Assembly (NCBI GenBank): GCA_947628895.1
Contig: CANRBS010000004.1
Coordinates: forward strand, 1-57,362
Direction of reading: 5' to 3'
Origin: an uncultured Bacilli bacterium
GTDB lineage: Bacteria > Bacillota_I > Bacilli_A > RF39 > UBA660
Length of the DNA: 57,362 nucleotides
Shown here one piece after another: positions 10,004-19,632 of the stretch. The notes under the pieces are model-generated. The model was not told where the DNA came from, ran no database searches, and saw nothing but the letters and a program-made list of their open reading frames with translations. The first letter of the stretch is position 1. Each line of letters starts with the position of its first letter. Position numbers and translations under genes: made by a program.

Positions 10004-10776
10004 TATTTCTGTTTTAAACTTTTTTCAAGTGCTTCAAATAAATCACTAACACTTTGTTTTTTACCTTTCCTTACACTTTTTATCTTTTTACCATCTAACT
10101 TATCTTTAATAGCGGTCTTTATATTATTTTGATATTCATCTTGATATTTATTAGGTTCAAACTTACCACTTCTTTGTTCAATTAATTTAATTGCTAAATC
10201 AAGTTCTTTTGGATCCACTTTTTCATCTATTACATCATCTGGCATAAATACTTCTTCATGAAAAAATAATGTAGTCATAATAATACCATGTTTAGTAAAT
10301 CTTAATATACAATAATAAAACTTACTACCAATAACAGTTTTAGCAAGTGCTACTTTCTTTACTTTTTTAAGTGCTTCACAAAAAAGATTATAAGCTTTAG
10401 ATGATTTTTCTGTTTCTAAAATATAACTTTTTTCATAATATACAGGATCTATTTGTGATATATCCACAAAAGATACTATTTCAATTTCTTTTTCATTTTC
10501 AGGTTTTAATTTTGATAATTCTTCTTTATCAAATATAATATATTTATCTTTTTCATATTCATATCCCTTAATAATATCTTTTTCTTTTAAATCACTTTTA
10601 CAATGAGTACAATACTTTATATATTTAACTCTATTCATACACTTTTTATGTAATTGATTAAAAGCAGTATCATTATTTCTAATTAATGGATTCATAATTA
10701 TAGGAATATTAACAAGTCCAAAAGAAATATTACTATGTACATTTGGCATAATCTTCACCATTTTTATTATTCTCAT
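10003..10776 (-). CDS. ku: NHEJ Ku protein
   Basis: ISFGLVNIP, FNQLH..C..RVKY, KGYEY, IDPVYYEK.Y motifs. Confidence 0.9.
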   Translation of the reverse strand: MRIIKMVKIMPNVHSNISFGLVNIPIIMNPLIRNNDTAFNQLHKKCMNRVKYIKYCTHCKSDLKEKDIIKGYEYEKDKYIIFDKEELSKLKPENEKEIEIVSFVDISQIDPVYYEKSYILETEKSSKAYNLFCEALKKVKKVALAKTVIGSKFYYCILRFTKHGIIMTTLFFHEEVFMPDDVIDEKVDPKELDLAIKLIEQRSGKFEPNKYQDEYQNNIKTAIKDKLDGKKIKSVRKGKKQSVSDLFEALEKSLKQK

Positions 10777-10827
10777 AATATGATGAAATATGTATTTTCA
10801 ATAAAAAAATAATCTAGAATTTCTAAA

Positions 10828-11262
10828 TTATTTTTTCTTATTATTCTTCTTTAATAAATCTCTTATTTCTTCAAGTAATAAAACTTCATCACTTTTTTTA
10901 GGCTCTTCTTTTTTCTCTTCTATTTTTTCTTTTATAAAGAATTTATTGATTAGTTTAACAAATATAAATACACAAAATGCCACTATTAAAAAGTCTATTA
11001 CATTTTGAATAAATGAACCATATTTAATTACAGCACTTCCAACAGTAATACTTAAATTAGAAAAATCATGTCCACCTATTATTACACCTACTATTGGCAT
11101 TAAAATATCATCTACAAGTGAAGATACTATTGTTCCAAAAGCACCACCTATAATTACTCCAACGGCTAAATCAAGAACATTACCTCTTTTAATAAATGTT
11201 TTAAATTCATTAATAAATCCTTTTGATTTTTTAAGTTCTTCTTTAATATCTGTTTTTTTCAT
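10828..11262 (-). CDS. mscL: Large-conductance mechanosensitive channel
   Basis: [37 protein letters not shown]. Confidence 0.95.
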   Translation of the reverse strand: MKKTDIKEELKKSKGFINEFKTFIKRGNVLDLAVGVIIGGAFGTIVSSLVDDILMPIVGVIIGGHDFSNLSITVGSAVIKYGSFIQNVIDFLIVAFCVFIFVKLINKFFIKEKIEEKKEEPKKSDEVLLLEEIRDLLKKNNKKK

Positions 11263-11295
11263 ACTACACCTCTTTCATTAAAATTATAACATAAT

Positions 11296-12156
11296 TTAGA
11301 ATATAAGTATAATTGTTCCAATAACTATTGATAAAAGACCAAATATTTCTTTTTTATTAATTTTTTCTTTTAATAAAATGCATGAGAATATAACAGTGAA
11401 TACTATATTTAGTTTTTCAATTGGAAATACTAAACTAGCTTCTCCTTTTTGTAAAGCTGCATAATAACATAACCAAGAAAGTCCTGTAGTTAATCCTGAT
11501 AATATAATGTATTTAATATCATTTAATTTTAATTTTTTATAATCTTTATATTTTTTAGTAGATATTACGAATATCCAAATTATAATAAATACAATAACCG
11601 TTCTTATAAATGTAGATAATATGGTATTAATTTTTTCTAAACCAATTTTACCAAATATAGTTGTAGTACTTGTAAATATTGCTGTTAAAATTGCATAAAT
11701 TAACCATTTATTATCTTCTTCTTTACTTTCTTTTTTATTCATTATAAATGTACCACCAATTATTAATATACTTGAAATTATTTTAACTAAAGTTATTTTT
11801 TCACTTAAAAATATTGAAGATAATAATAGAGTTATAACTATACTAGTTTTATCAATAGAAGCAACTGAATTTACATTACCAAGTTTTAATGCTTTAAAAT
11901 AAAATATCCAAAGTAATGTTGTAGATATACCAGATAAAATTAAAAATATAAATGTTTTAATATCAATGTTAGTAACTTCAACAAATAAATTTTTAATCAT
12001 TACTAAAATTAAGAAAAATATAAGTATTATAATTGTTCTTAAGGAAGATGAGAAGCTAGAGTTAATATCACTAACTGACATCTTAGCAAACACAGCAGTT
12101 ATCCCTGCAAAAAAAGCCGCAAGTAACGCATATATTATCCACATAATATTCACCAA
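11296..12156 (-). CDS. EamA/DMT family transporter
   Basis: Two repeated five-helix hydrophobic halves, e.g. W.IYALL.A.F and YF.ALK.G. Confidence 0.85.
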   Translation of the reverse strand: MVNIMWIIYALLAAFFAGITAVFAKMSVSDINSSFSSSLRTIIILIFFLILVMIKNLFVEVTNIDIKTFIFLILSGISTTLLWIFYFKALKLGNVNSVASIDKTSIVITLLLSSIFLSEKITLVKIISSILIIGGTFIMNKKESKEEDNKWLIYAILTAIFTSTTTIFGKIGLEKINTILSTFIRTVIVFIIIWIFVISTKKYKDYKKLKLNDIKYIILSGLTTGLSWLCYYAALQKGEASLVFPIEKLNIVFTVIFSCILLKEKINKKEIFGLLSIVIGTIILIF

Positions 12157-12253
12157 TATTATTATTTACAAATTTACTTATCTTTACACTTAAAATAGTT
12201 AAAGAATTCATTTTAATGAGTTAGAGTGATATAATTTTTATAAGGGTGATGTT

Positions 12254-13612
12254 ATGTTTAAATATGAAACAGATTCAAGAAAAGTAGAAAAAGGACAAAC
12301 TTTTATAGCTATTAAAGGTCTTACTGTAGATGGGCATGATTTTATAGACTCAGCTATAGAAAAAGGTGCCAGTAAAATAATTAGTGAAAAAGATTTAGAT
12401 ATAAATGTTCCATATGAAAAAGTTAAAGATACTAGTGAATATTTAAAAGATATATTAAATAAGGAATATGGAAAAGAAATAAGTAAATTAAAATTAATTG
12501 GTGTTACTGGAACAAATGGTAAAACTACAAGTTGTTATTTAATTTATCAAATGCTTTTAAATTTAGGAGTAAATACGGCTTATATTGGTACTCTTGGATA
12601 TTATCATAAAGATGAATTTATTGAACTTAATAATACAACTCCAGATATATTAACAATTTATAAATTACTTATGCATGCTAAAGAAAGTGAATGTGAAAGT
12701 GTTGTTATGGAAGTTAGTTCTCAATCATTATCATATGATAGATTAAATGGAATTAATTTTTCAATTATAGCTTTCACTAATTTAACTGAAGATCATTTAG
12801 ACTATCATAAAACTATGGAAAATTATTTAAATGCTAAACTTTTAATATTAGATCATTTAAAGAAAGACACAATTATTATTGCAAATAAAGATGATAAAAA
12901 TTATATTAAATTTAAAAAAGATAATCACAAGTTCTTAACGATTGGATACAATGCTGATTATGAAATAGTTGATTTTAAAACTAGTCCAAGTGATACAGAT
13001 TTAACATTTAAATTTGATAATTGTGAATATACCGTTAATGTTCCTTTAACTAGTAAATTTAATGTTTATAATTATCTTACTATGTTATCAATTGTTAATA
13101 ATTATGGATTTGATATTAATAAAATTGTTGATAACACTAAAAAGTTAAAACAACCAAAAGGAAGATGTGAAGCTTATAAAGTTAATAATGGTACTGCGAT
13201 TATTGATTATGCTCATACACCTGATGCTGTTGAAAAAGTAATTAATGCTTACCTTGAACTTAAAAATAATAGAATTATTACACTAATTGGTTGTGGTGGA
13301 GATAGAGATCCTAAAAAAAGACCAATTATGGGAGAAATTGCTACAAGGTTAAGTGATTATGTTATTTTAACAAGTGATAATCCTAGAACTGAAGACCCAA
13401 TTTCTATAATAGATGATATGATTAAAGGTATTAAAAAAGATAATTATGAAGTTATTGTTGATAGAAAAGAAGCAATAAAAAAAGCAATTGATTTAATGGA
13501 AAAAGATGATATATTATTAATACTTGGTAAAGGCCATGAAAATTATCAAATAATTGGAAAAACTAAATATCATTTAGATGATAGTGAAGAAGTATTAAAT
13601 TATAAAAAATAA
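12254..13612 (+). CDS. murE: UDP-N-acetylmuramoyl-L-alanyl-D-glutamate--2,6-diaminopimelate ligase
   Basis: GVTGTNGKTT, NTTPD, MEVSS, DYAHTPDA, GCGGDRD, SDNPR (DNPR suggests meso-DAP), GKGHE. Confidence 0.92.
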   Translation: MFKYETDSRKVEKGQTFIAIKGLTVDGHDFIDSAIEKGASKIISEKDLDINVPYEKVKDTSEYLKDILNKEYGKEISKLKLIGVTGTNGKTTSCYLIYQMLLNLGVNTAYIGTLGYYHKDEFIELNNTTPDILTIYKLLMHAKESECESVVMEVSSQSLSYDRLNGINFSIIAFTNLTEDHLDYHKTMENYLNAKLLILDHLKKDTIIIANKDDKNYIKFKKDNHKFLTIGYNADYEIVDFKTSPSDTDLTFKFDNCEYTVNVPLTSKFNVYNYLTMLSIVNNYGFDINKIVDNTKKLKQPKGRCEAYKVNNGTAIIDYAHTPDAVEKVINAYLELKNNRIITLIGCGGDRDPKKRPIMGEIATRLSDYVILTSDNPRTEDPISIIDDMIKGIKKDNYEVIVDRKEAIKKAIDLMEKDDILLILGKGHENYQIIGKTKYHLDDSEEVLNYKK

Positions 13613-13646
13613 AAAGTATAGTTTCAAAAAGGAAATTATACTTTTT
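13611..13646. terminator. Bidirectional hairpin between murE and pilin-like paralog 2
   Basis: AAAAAGTATAGTTTC / GAAATTATACTTTTT arms with one wobble and a 6-nt loop. Confidence 0.7.
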
Positions 13647-13672
13647 AGTTATAATAAATAAAATCAATGAAG

Positions 13673-13850
13673 TTAAGGCTTTAGAACGAGACGAAAGCCG
13701 GTGTAGGAGTAGGCTTCGCCTGTTTGCCTGTTAAAGTAGAACTGACCAGCAGGAGTGGCATCACTGTAGTAGCCCCCACGAAAGAACCAAGGGTAAGTAG
13801 GCTCAACGAAGAGCGAGTTGTCGGCATACCATGTACTCTGGTAATATTCG
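13673..13850 (-). other. Putative DGR variable region (VR)
   Basis: Hand count 85/168 G+C (~51%) over 13673-13840 in an AT-rich gene; all six Tyr codons after GAC AAC are TAC and both Asn are AAC; ends GGC TTT CGT CTC GTT CTA. Confidence 0.7.
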
Positions 13851-15400
13851 TTATACCAAAAAGGTCCTAATTCTCCAGTTGCATCTCCTAATATTCTATA
13901 TTTATATGATCTGTTTGATGTAACTGATTTTGAATATTTATCTAGATATTTATTATAAGTAGAATTTGTTATTATACTATCCATTCCACTACTTTTAGCG
14001 GTTTCTTCTATATAAGCTGCCATGTACTCCCAAGACCCACCACTCATATCATATACTCCAGTTATATTTCCTGTTGTACTTGCTAAGTGTCCAGTAGTAG
14101 TATTCCATTTTGTATTTGCTGTTTCACTAGAAGCCCCGTCTTTAGAATTAGCTGCATATCCTGTTAAATATTTGCTATTATTATTTATTCTTACGGCATC
14201 TTGTATTCCATATTTTGAGTGTGATAAATAAGCAACAGCTCCCCATTCTGTATTTTTCATCATATGACTATCTAAACTTCTATTAAAATTATAAGCATTC
14301 ATAAATAAATTATATATCTTTGCACCTCTCCATGAGTATACGGTTGGTTTTACTATTATATTTGATGGTTTTTCACTATTTACTTGTGCATTTGCTGTCG
14401 TCCATGTAGCTACATTTTCATCAGTTATTGGTTGACTAGAGTCTCCATTTTGATTATATCCTGTTTCAAATTTTCCTACCCAAAATCCATTTGATGGAAT
14501 ACTCAAAAATGCTGGATGTGTCATTAAATCTCCTATATCACAATCCCCAGTTTCTCCACTTACCATTGGACTTGCACATTCTTTTTTTTCTTCATCATTT
14601 ACTGTTGTTCTTGTTCCAAATTCTATCTCTATTTCTTTTATTTGACTTTCTGGTTGACTACCTTCTAATCCTTCATAATTTCCTAAATTAAATATTCTAT
14701 AACTATATTTTGGTATCCATACAAAATATGCCCTTATATCACTTTCTAATATTGTATCTCCTTCAGTATATTCTTTACTTGGACTATCTACTAATATTAC
14801 TGCATTTGCCCATTTCTTTTCAGTATATTTATACCATTCATCATATTCGTGTGCATATGTTGCTACTCCTGTATCTGATAACATTATAGGTATCATTCCA
14901 CTCCCTAAAACTGGGTCAGCTCCATTTAATTCACTTTCTGTATATTTTGTTTTTGGTTTTTCTCCATCAATCAACTGATTTCCTTTACAATCAGTTATAC
15001 TTGTCTTAGCTGATTCTACTTTATATTTCTTTCCAATGTCTTCTCTTTCTATCCCATTTGTATTATTTGCTATTAATTCATTTGATTCATCTCTTGCGGA
15101 TATTTCTATTATTTGTCCTTTATCATTAAATTTAACTACATACGATATGTTACTTCTTCCATCTAAATTTAATACATTTGTACTACTATCAAAACATCTT
15201 ATTTCTTTATTTCCAATTGAAGAAGATACATATTTATCTTCAGCACTTCTTATTATATTTTGTACTTCACGAGTAAATGTATTTACTTTTGCTTCTCTAA
15301 ACATTTTTAAAACATTTGGAAGTGCTATGATTACTAGTATTGCTAAGATTGCTATTACTGCTAAAAGTTCTACTAATGTAAAACCATTTCTATTTTTCAT
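13673..15400 (-). CDS. Type IV pilin-like protein with C-terminal C-type-lectin (FGE-like) domain, paralog 2; probable DGR target
   Basis: RNG|FTLVELLAVIAILAILVIIALP; same architecture as 7235-8977; ends ...RGGYYSD...GFRLVLKP. Confidence 0.85.
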   Translation of the reverse strand: MKNRNGFTLVELLAVIAILAILVIIALPNVLKMFREAKVNTFTREVQNIIRSAEDKYVSSSIGNKEIRCFDSSTNVLNLDGRSNISYVVKFNDKGQIIEISARDESNELIANNTNGIEREDIGKKYKVESAKTSITDCKGNQLIDGEKPKTKYTESELNGADPVLGSGMIPIMLSDTGVATYAHEYDEWYKYTEKKWANAVILVDSPSKEYTEGDTILESDIRAYFVWIPKYSYRIFNLGNYEGLEGSQPESQIKEIEIEFGTRTTVNDEEKKECASPMVSGETGDCDIGDLMTHPAFLSIPSNGFWVGKFETGYNQNGDSSQPITDENVATWTTANAQVNSEKPSNIIVKPTVYSWRGAKIYNLFMNAYNFNRSLDSHMMKNTEWGAVAYLSHSKYGIQDAVRINNNSKYLTGYAANSKDGASSETANTKWNTTTGHLASTTGNITGVYDMSGGSWEYMAAYIEETAKSSGMDSIITNSTYNKYLDKYSKSVTSNRSYKYRILGDATGELGPFWYNEYYQSTWYADNSLFVEPTYPWFFRGGYYSDATPAGQFYFNRQTGEAYSYTGFRLVLKP

Positions 15401-15431
15401 TTTGGTTACCTCTTTCTATTTTTCATTTTTT

Positions 15432-15458
15432 ATTATATCGTATATATATATATATCAA
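15432..15458 (-). promoter_or_regulatory. Putative promoter with (TA)n tract in the spacer, paralog 2
   Basis: Minus strand TTGATA, 15 bp, TATAAT; TA tract at 15441-15455; flanking GTAAAATTAGTA..GTGCCTC shared with paralog 1. Confidence 0.5.
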
Positions 15459-15541
15459 GAGGCACCCTACTAATTTTACAAACAAGCATCGCATTTAGTC
15501 TATCTTTTATAACAAACTTTAAATCTATAGAAATACAAAAA

Positions 15542-15576
15542 AATAAGAATATACAATGAAATCGTATATTCTTATT
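15542..15576. terminator. Perfect 13-bp hairpin
   Basis: AATAAGAATATAC, 9-nt loop, GTATATTCTTATT. Confidence 0.7.
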
Positions 15577-15805
15577 AAAATATTTAAAGATAAAAGAGTG
15601 TATGTAGTAAGGTAGGAATAACTCTTTTTATTAAATATCTTTATGTAAAATGTTATTTTCACTTCTTGTATATTTTTTAAACTACTATATCACTTCTCCT
15701 TTCTTAATATTAATTTTACTTTCTAATTGTTAATAAATTGTGAAAATTAAGTATATATTTTTAAAAAGTGTAAACTAAAAAAGGATAACAATTAATATTA
15801 TCCTT

Positions 15806-18142
15806 TTATTCCCATTTCCAATCCCTTATTTCAGGCATATCTTCACCATATTCATGAATATATTCTTTATGTTCAATTAATTTATCTTTACACCATTCTA
15901 TTAAATAACTTCTTTTATCACCTAATTGTGGTAAATATTTAAGAGCATCCATTACTAAATGATATCTATCTAATTTATTTTGTACTTTCATATCAAATGT
16001 TGTAGTTATAGTACCTTCTTCAATATAACCATGAACATGTATATTTTTATTTGTTCTCTTATATGATAGTTGATGTATTAAATGTGGATAACCATGGAAT
16101 GCAAATATAACTGGCTTATTTTTAGTAAATAAACTATCAAATTCTTCATTATCAAGTCCATGTGGATGATTATCAGGACTTACTAATTTCATTAAATCAA
16201 CTACATTTACAAATCTAATTTTTAAATCTTTAAAGTTTTCTCTTAATATTTTAGTTGCAGCAAGTGCTTCTATTGTAGGAGTTTCACCTGCACAAGCCAT
16301 AACTAAATCAACTTCACCATTTACATCATTACTAGCAAATTCCCATCTTCCTAAGCCTTTAGTACAATGTTTTATTGCTTCATCCATATTAAGCCATTGA
16401 ACTCTTGGATGTTTTGATGCTACTATTACATTTATATAATTTTTGCTTCTAATACAATGATCAAAACATGAAAGTAATGTATTAGTATCTGGTGGTAAAT
16501 AAATTCTTACTGTATCTGCTTTTTTAGTTACTAAATGATTTAAGAATCCTGGGTCTTGATGTGTAAATCCATTATGATCTTGTTGCCATACATAAGAAGC
16601 TAAAATGTAATTTAATGAAGCAATTGGTCTTCTCCAAGGTAACTCTTTAGTAACTTTTAACCATTTAGCATGTTGAGATGCCATTGAATCAACAATTCTA
16701 ATAAATGCTTCATAACTATGGAAGAATCCATGTCTTCCTGTAAGTAAATATCCCTCTAACATGCCTTCACATAAATGTTCAGATAAAACTGAATCTATTA
16801 CTCTTCCGCTATTACTTAAATATTCATCATTATCATATGTAATTCCATTCCATTGTCTATTTGTAACTTCAAATACATGATTTAATCTGTTAGAAAGAGC
16901 TTCATCTGGTCCAAATATTCTAAAATTCTTTTTATCTTCATTTAATTTAATAATATCTCTTATAAATTTACCAAGTTCCATCATATCTTGAGCTACAACT
17001 TCTCCAGGTTTTTTAATATCAAGAGCATATTTTCTAAAATCTGGAATATTTAATTCTTCTAATAATTTTCCACCATTAGCATGTGGGTTCATTCCCATTC
17101 TTCTATTTCCAACTGGTGCTAGAGCTTTTAGTTCACTTTTTAATTTTCCATTTTCATCAAATAATTCTTCTGGTTTATAACTCTTAAGCCAAGCTTCTAA
17201 TATAGCTACATTATTAGGATGTGCTTTATCTACTAAAATTGGTACTTGATGTGATCTAAAACTTCCTTCTACTTCTTTATTATCAACCATTTTAGGTCCA
17301 GTCCAACCTTTTGGTGTTTTTAATATTATCATTGGAAATACTGCTCTTTTATTAAGTCTAGTTTTTGATTTAATTTCTTTTATTTCTTCAATACATTTGT
17401 CTAATGTTTTAGCCATAGTTTCATGATACTTCATAATTGTATCTTCACAAACTATATATGGCTTCCATCCACAACCTTCAAAAAATTTAATTAATTCTTC
17501 TTCTGGCATTCTTGCAAATATTGTAGGGTTTGCAATTTTAAATCCATTTAAATGAAGTATTGGTAAAACTACACCATCAGTAAGTGGATTTATTATTTTA
17601 TTTAAATGCCATGATGCTGCTAGAGGGCCTGTTTCTGCTTCACCATCTCCAACAACACAAGCAGCAATTAAATCTGGATTATCTAAAACTGCACCAAAAG
17701 CATGTGAAAGACTATATCCAAGTTCTCCACCTTCATTAATACTACCAGGAGTTTCAGGAGCTACATGTGAAGATATTCCACCTGGAAAACTAAATTGTTT
17801 AAATAATTTTTTAAGTCCATCTTCATCTTCAGTGATATTTGGATAAATTTCACTATAACTTCCTTCTAAATAAGTATTAGATACAATTGCTTGTCCACCA
17901 TGACCTGGTCCTGAAACATATATCATATCTAAATCATACTTTTTTATTATTCTATTTAAATGAACATATACAAAATTTTGTCCTGGAGCTGTTCCCCAAT
18001 GACCTACAACATTTGGTTTAATATGTTCTAACTTTAATGGTTCTTTTAATAATGGATTATCTTTTAAGTATAATTGACCTAAAGATAAGTAATTAGCTGC
18101 TCTAAAATAGGCATCTATTTTTTCTAAATCTTCCATAACCAT
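15806..18142 (-). CDS. xfp: Phosphoketolase (xylulose-5-P / fructose-6-P)
   Basis: [50 protein letters not shown]; true start probably ATG at 18136 after AGGAGG. Confidence 0.95.
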   Translation of the reverse strand: MVMEDLEKIDAYFRAANYLSLGQLYLKDNPLLKEPLKLEHIKPNVVGHWGTAPGQNFVYVHLNRIIKKYDLDMIYVSGPGHGGQAIVSNTYLEGSYSEIYPNITEDEDGLKKLFKQFSFPGGISSHVAPETPGSINEGGELGYSLSHAFGAVLDNPDLIAACVVGDGEAETGPLAASWHLNKIINPLTDGVVLPILHLNGFKIANPTIFARMPEEELIKFFEGCGWKPYIVCEDTIMKYHETMAKTLDKCIEEIKEIKSKTRLNKRAVFPMIILKTPKGWTGPKMVDNKEVEGSFRSHQVPILVDKAHPNNVAILEAWLKSYKPEELFDENGKLKSELKALAPVGNRRMGMNPHANGGKLLEELNIPDFRKYALDIKKPGEVVAQDMMELGKFIRDIIKLNEDKKNFRIFGPDEALSNRLNHVFEVTNRQWNGITYDNDEYLSNSGRVIDSVLSEHLCEGMLEGYLLTGRHGFFHSYEAFIRIVDSMASQHAKWLKVTKELPWRRPIASLNYILASYVWQQDHNGFTHQDPGFLNHLVTKKADTVRIYLPPDTNTLLSCFDHCIRSKNYINVIVASKHPRVQWLNMDEAIKHCTKGLGRWEFASNDVNGEVDLVMACAGETPTIEALAATKILRENFKDLKIRFVNVVDLMKLVSPDNHPHGLDNEEFDSLFTKNKPVIFAFHGYPHLIHQLSYKRTNKNIHVHGYIEEGTITTTFDMKVQNKLDRYHLVMDALKYLPQLGDKRSYLIEWCKDKLIEHKEYIHEYGEDMPEIRDWKWE

Positions 18143-18196
18143 CCTCCTTATTCTTTATATACTTATTCTATCATTTTTTATAATTAAAAAAAAGAG

Positions 18197-18667
18197 TTAC
18201 AACACTCTTTCACATAAATCTTCATACTTACTACCATGTGGAGTAATAACAAATTGTCTAGTATTCTCATCTATAATTTTAATTCTAATATCTAATCTAT
18301 TTTTAGGTAAGATATCTTCAATTAAATCAGACCATTCAATTATACATACACCTTTTTTAGTAAAATATTCTTCAATTCCTATATCTTGCTTAACATCACT
18401 TAAACGATAAACATCCATATGAAATAATTTCATTTCTCCACCATCATATTCTTTTATTATATTAAATGTTGGAGATGTAATATTATCAGTTATTCCAAGA
18501 GCTAAAGCAAAAGCCTTAGCAAAAACTGTTTTACCACTTCCTAAGTCACCCTCTAAACATATTACCATATTAGGGAATTTCTCTGATTCAATATTTTGTG
18601 CTAACTCTATTGTTTCATCCTCATCGTAAGCTGTTATTTTGTATTGCATTATCATCACCATTATCAT
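18197..18667 (-). CDS. tsaE: tRNA threonylcarbamoyladenosine biosynthesis ATPase
   Basis: GDLGSGKT, TSPTFNI, HMDVYRL, IEW. Confidence 0.93.
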   Translation of the reverse strand: MIMVMIMQYKITAYDEDETIELAQNIESEKFPNMVICLEGDLGSGKTVFAKAFALALGITDNITSPTFNIIKEYDGGEMKLFHMDVYRLSDVKQDIGIEEYFTKKGVCIIEWSDLIEDILPKNRLDIRIKIIDENTRQFVITPHGSKYEDLCERVL

Positions 18668-18769
18668 TGTATCATTATTATAAAAACTTATACAAGTTTT
18701 TTTGTATAATTTACATTTTTTTGTTAACTTAAAGTAATTTAATTTATCATTTATCTAGTTAACTAGTCT

Positions 18770-18798
18770 ATACATAAGGCAAATGTCTTTCATACAAT
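18770..18798 (+). promoter_or_regulatory. Putative mother-cell sigmaE/sigmaK-type promoter of the cotJ operon
   Basis: ATA, 18 bp, CATACAAT (18791-18798), matching the B. subtilis sigmaE pattern ATa-N16-18-cATAcanT. Confidence 0.5.
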
Positions 18799-18810
18799 AG
18801 TCTAGAAAGG

Positions 18811-19311
18811 GTGATAAAAATGTATTTTGATGAAAATAACAATTATTATGATGTTCTAGCAAATGAAGAAAAATATGATATTGATCAATATAATACTACA
18901 AAAAATAGTATAAACAATTTTGATATTAATATTGATAGTATTAATTTTGATAGAACAAGTAAACTTTATTCAACTGAAGAAGGATTCAATAAAGGTAATA
19001 TGTTTGAAAATTTATACTCTAAATATAAAAATCATGTATATAAATTAAAAGTAAACAATGCAAAAGATGAATTATTATATAAAATTCAAATGTATACTTT
19101 TGCTATGAAAGATTTAAATTTATATTTAGACTTACATCCAGAAGATAAAGAAATGCTTTCAGAATATCAAAAATTAAGAAAAATGAATGAAGAATTAAAA
19201 AGCAAATATGAAAGGGAATATGGGCCATTATGTGCAAGTGCCGTAACTAGTACAACAAACTTTAATTGGATTAGTAATCCATGGCCATGGGATAAAGGAG
19301 GTAATTTATAA
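18811..19311 (+). CDS. cotJB: Spore coat protein CotJB with N-terminal CotJA-like extension
   Basis: C-half LL..IQ...FA..DLNLYLD.HPED...YE..YGPL...W...PWPWD; N-half YSTEEGFNKGNMFENLY is CotJA-like; probable start ATG at 18820. Confidence 0.85.
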   Translation: MIKMYFDENNNYYDVLANEEKYDIDQYNTTKNSINNFDINIDSINFDRTSKLYSTEEGFNKGNMFENLYSKYKNHVYKLKVNNAKDELLYKIQMYTFAMKDLNLYLDLHPEDKEMLSEYQKLRKMNEELKSKYEREYGPLCASAVTSTTNFNWISNPWPWDKGGNL

Positions 19312-19403
19312 TGTTTAAATATGAAAAAATGTTAGAATATCCTATTAATGTAAAGAAAAAAGATTTGAAAATGGCAAAATTATTAGTAGCTCAATTTGGT
19401 GGT
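19311..19403 (+). pseudogene. cotJC: cotJC 5' fragment (31 codons), interrupted by the prophage
   Basis: TAATG coupling to cotJB; reads MFKYEKMLEYPINVKKKDLKMAKLLVAQFGG, then runs into phage DNA and stops at 19424. Confidence 0.9.
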
Positions 19404-19426
19404 GCAAAGTGTAAAAGGGACTAATT
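19394..19426. other. attL
   Basis: Core ATTTGGTGGT (19394-19403) plus phage arm GGGACTAATT (19417-19426). Confidence 0.85.
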
Positions 19427-19448
19427 TATTATTTTTTTAAAAAATATA

Positions 19449-19477
19449 TTGACATATCGTACGATATGTGATAGAAT
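19449..19477 (+). promoter_or_regulatory. sigmaA promoter with perfect 18-bp palindromic operator
   Basis: TTGACA (19449-54), 17 bp, TAGAAT (19472-77); ACATATCGTACGATATGT at 19452-19469. Confidence 0.75.
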
Positions 19478-19501
19478 AATATATATAGAAAGGAGGTAGT
19501 G

Positions 19502-19600
19502 ATGAAACTTCAATTGACAATCTTTAAAATAAAAATCACTTTAATGGTTACTCATTTAAAGAAGACCAAAAAAGTGAAAAACATTAGGAATTGGGCTTAA
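19502..19600 (+). CDS. 32-aa small basic peptide, absent from the ORF track
   Basis: Strong GAAAGGAGG RBS; MKLQLTIFKIKITLMVTHLKKTKKVKNIRNWA; hairpin at 19586-19612 overlaps its end. Confidence 0.6.
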   Translation: MKLQLTIFKIKITLMVTHLKKTKKVKNIRNWA

Positions 19601-19632
19601 TGCTCAATTTCTAGTAAAGATTATATCAAAAA

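Noticed and set aside
7611-15473. Plus-strand ORFs opposite the two pilin-like genes
   Set aside because: Antisense shadows; they recur in both paralogs only because the sense sequence is conserved, and they lack RBSs.
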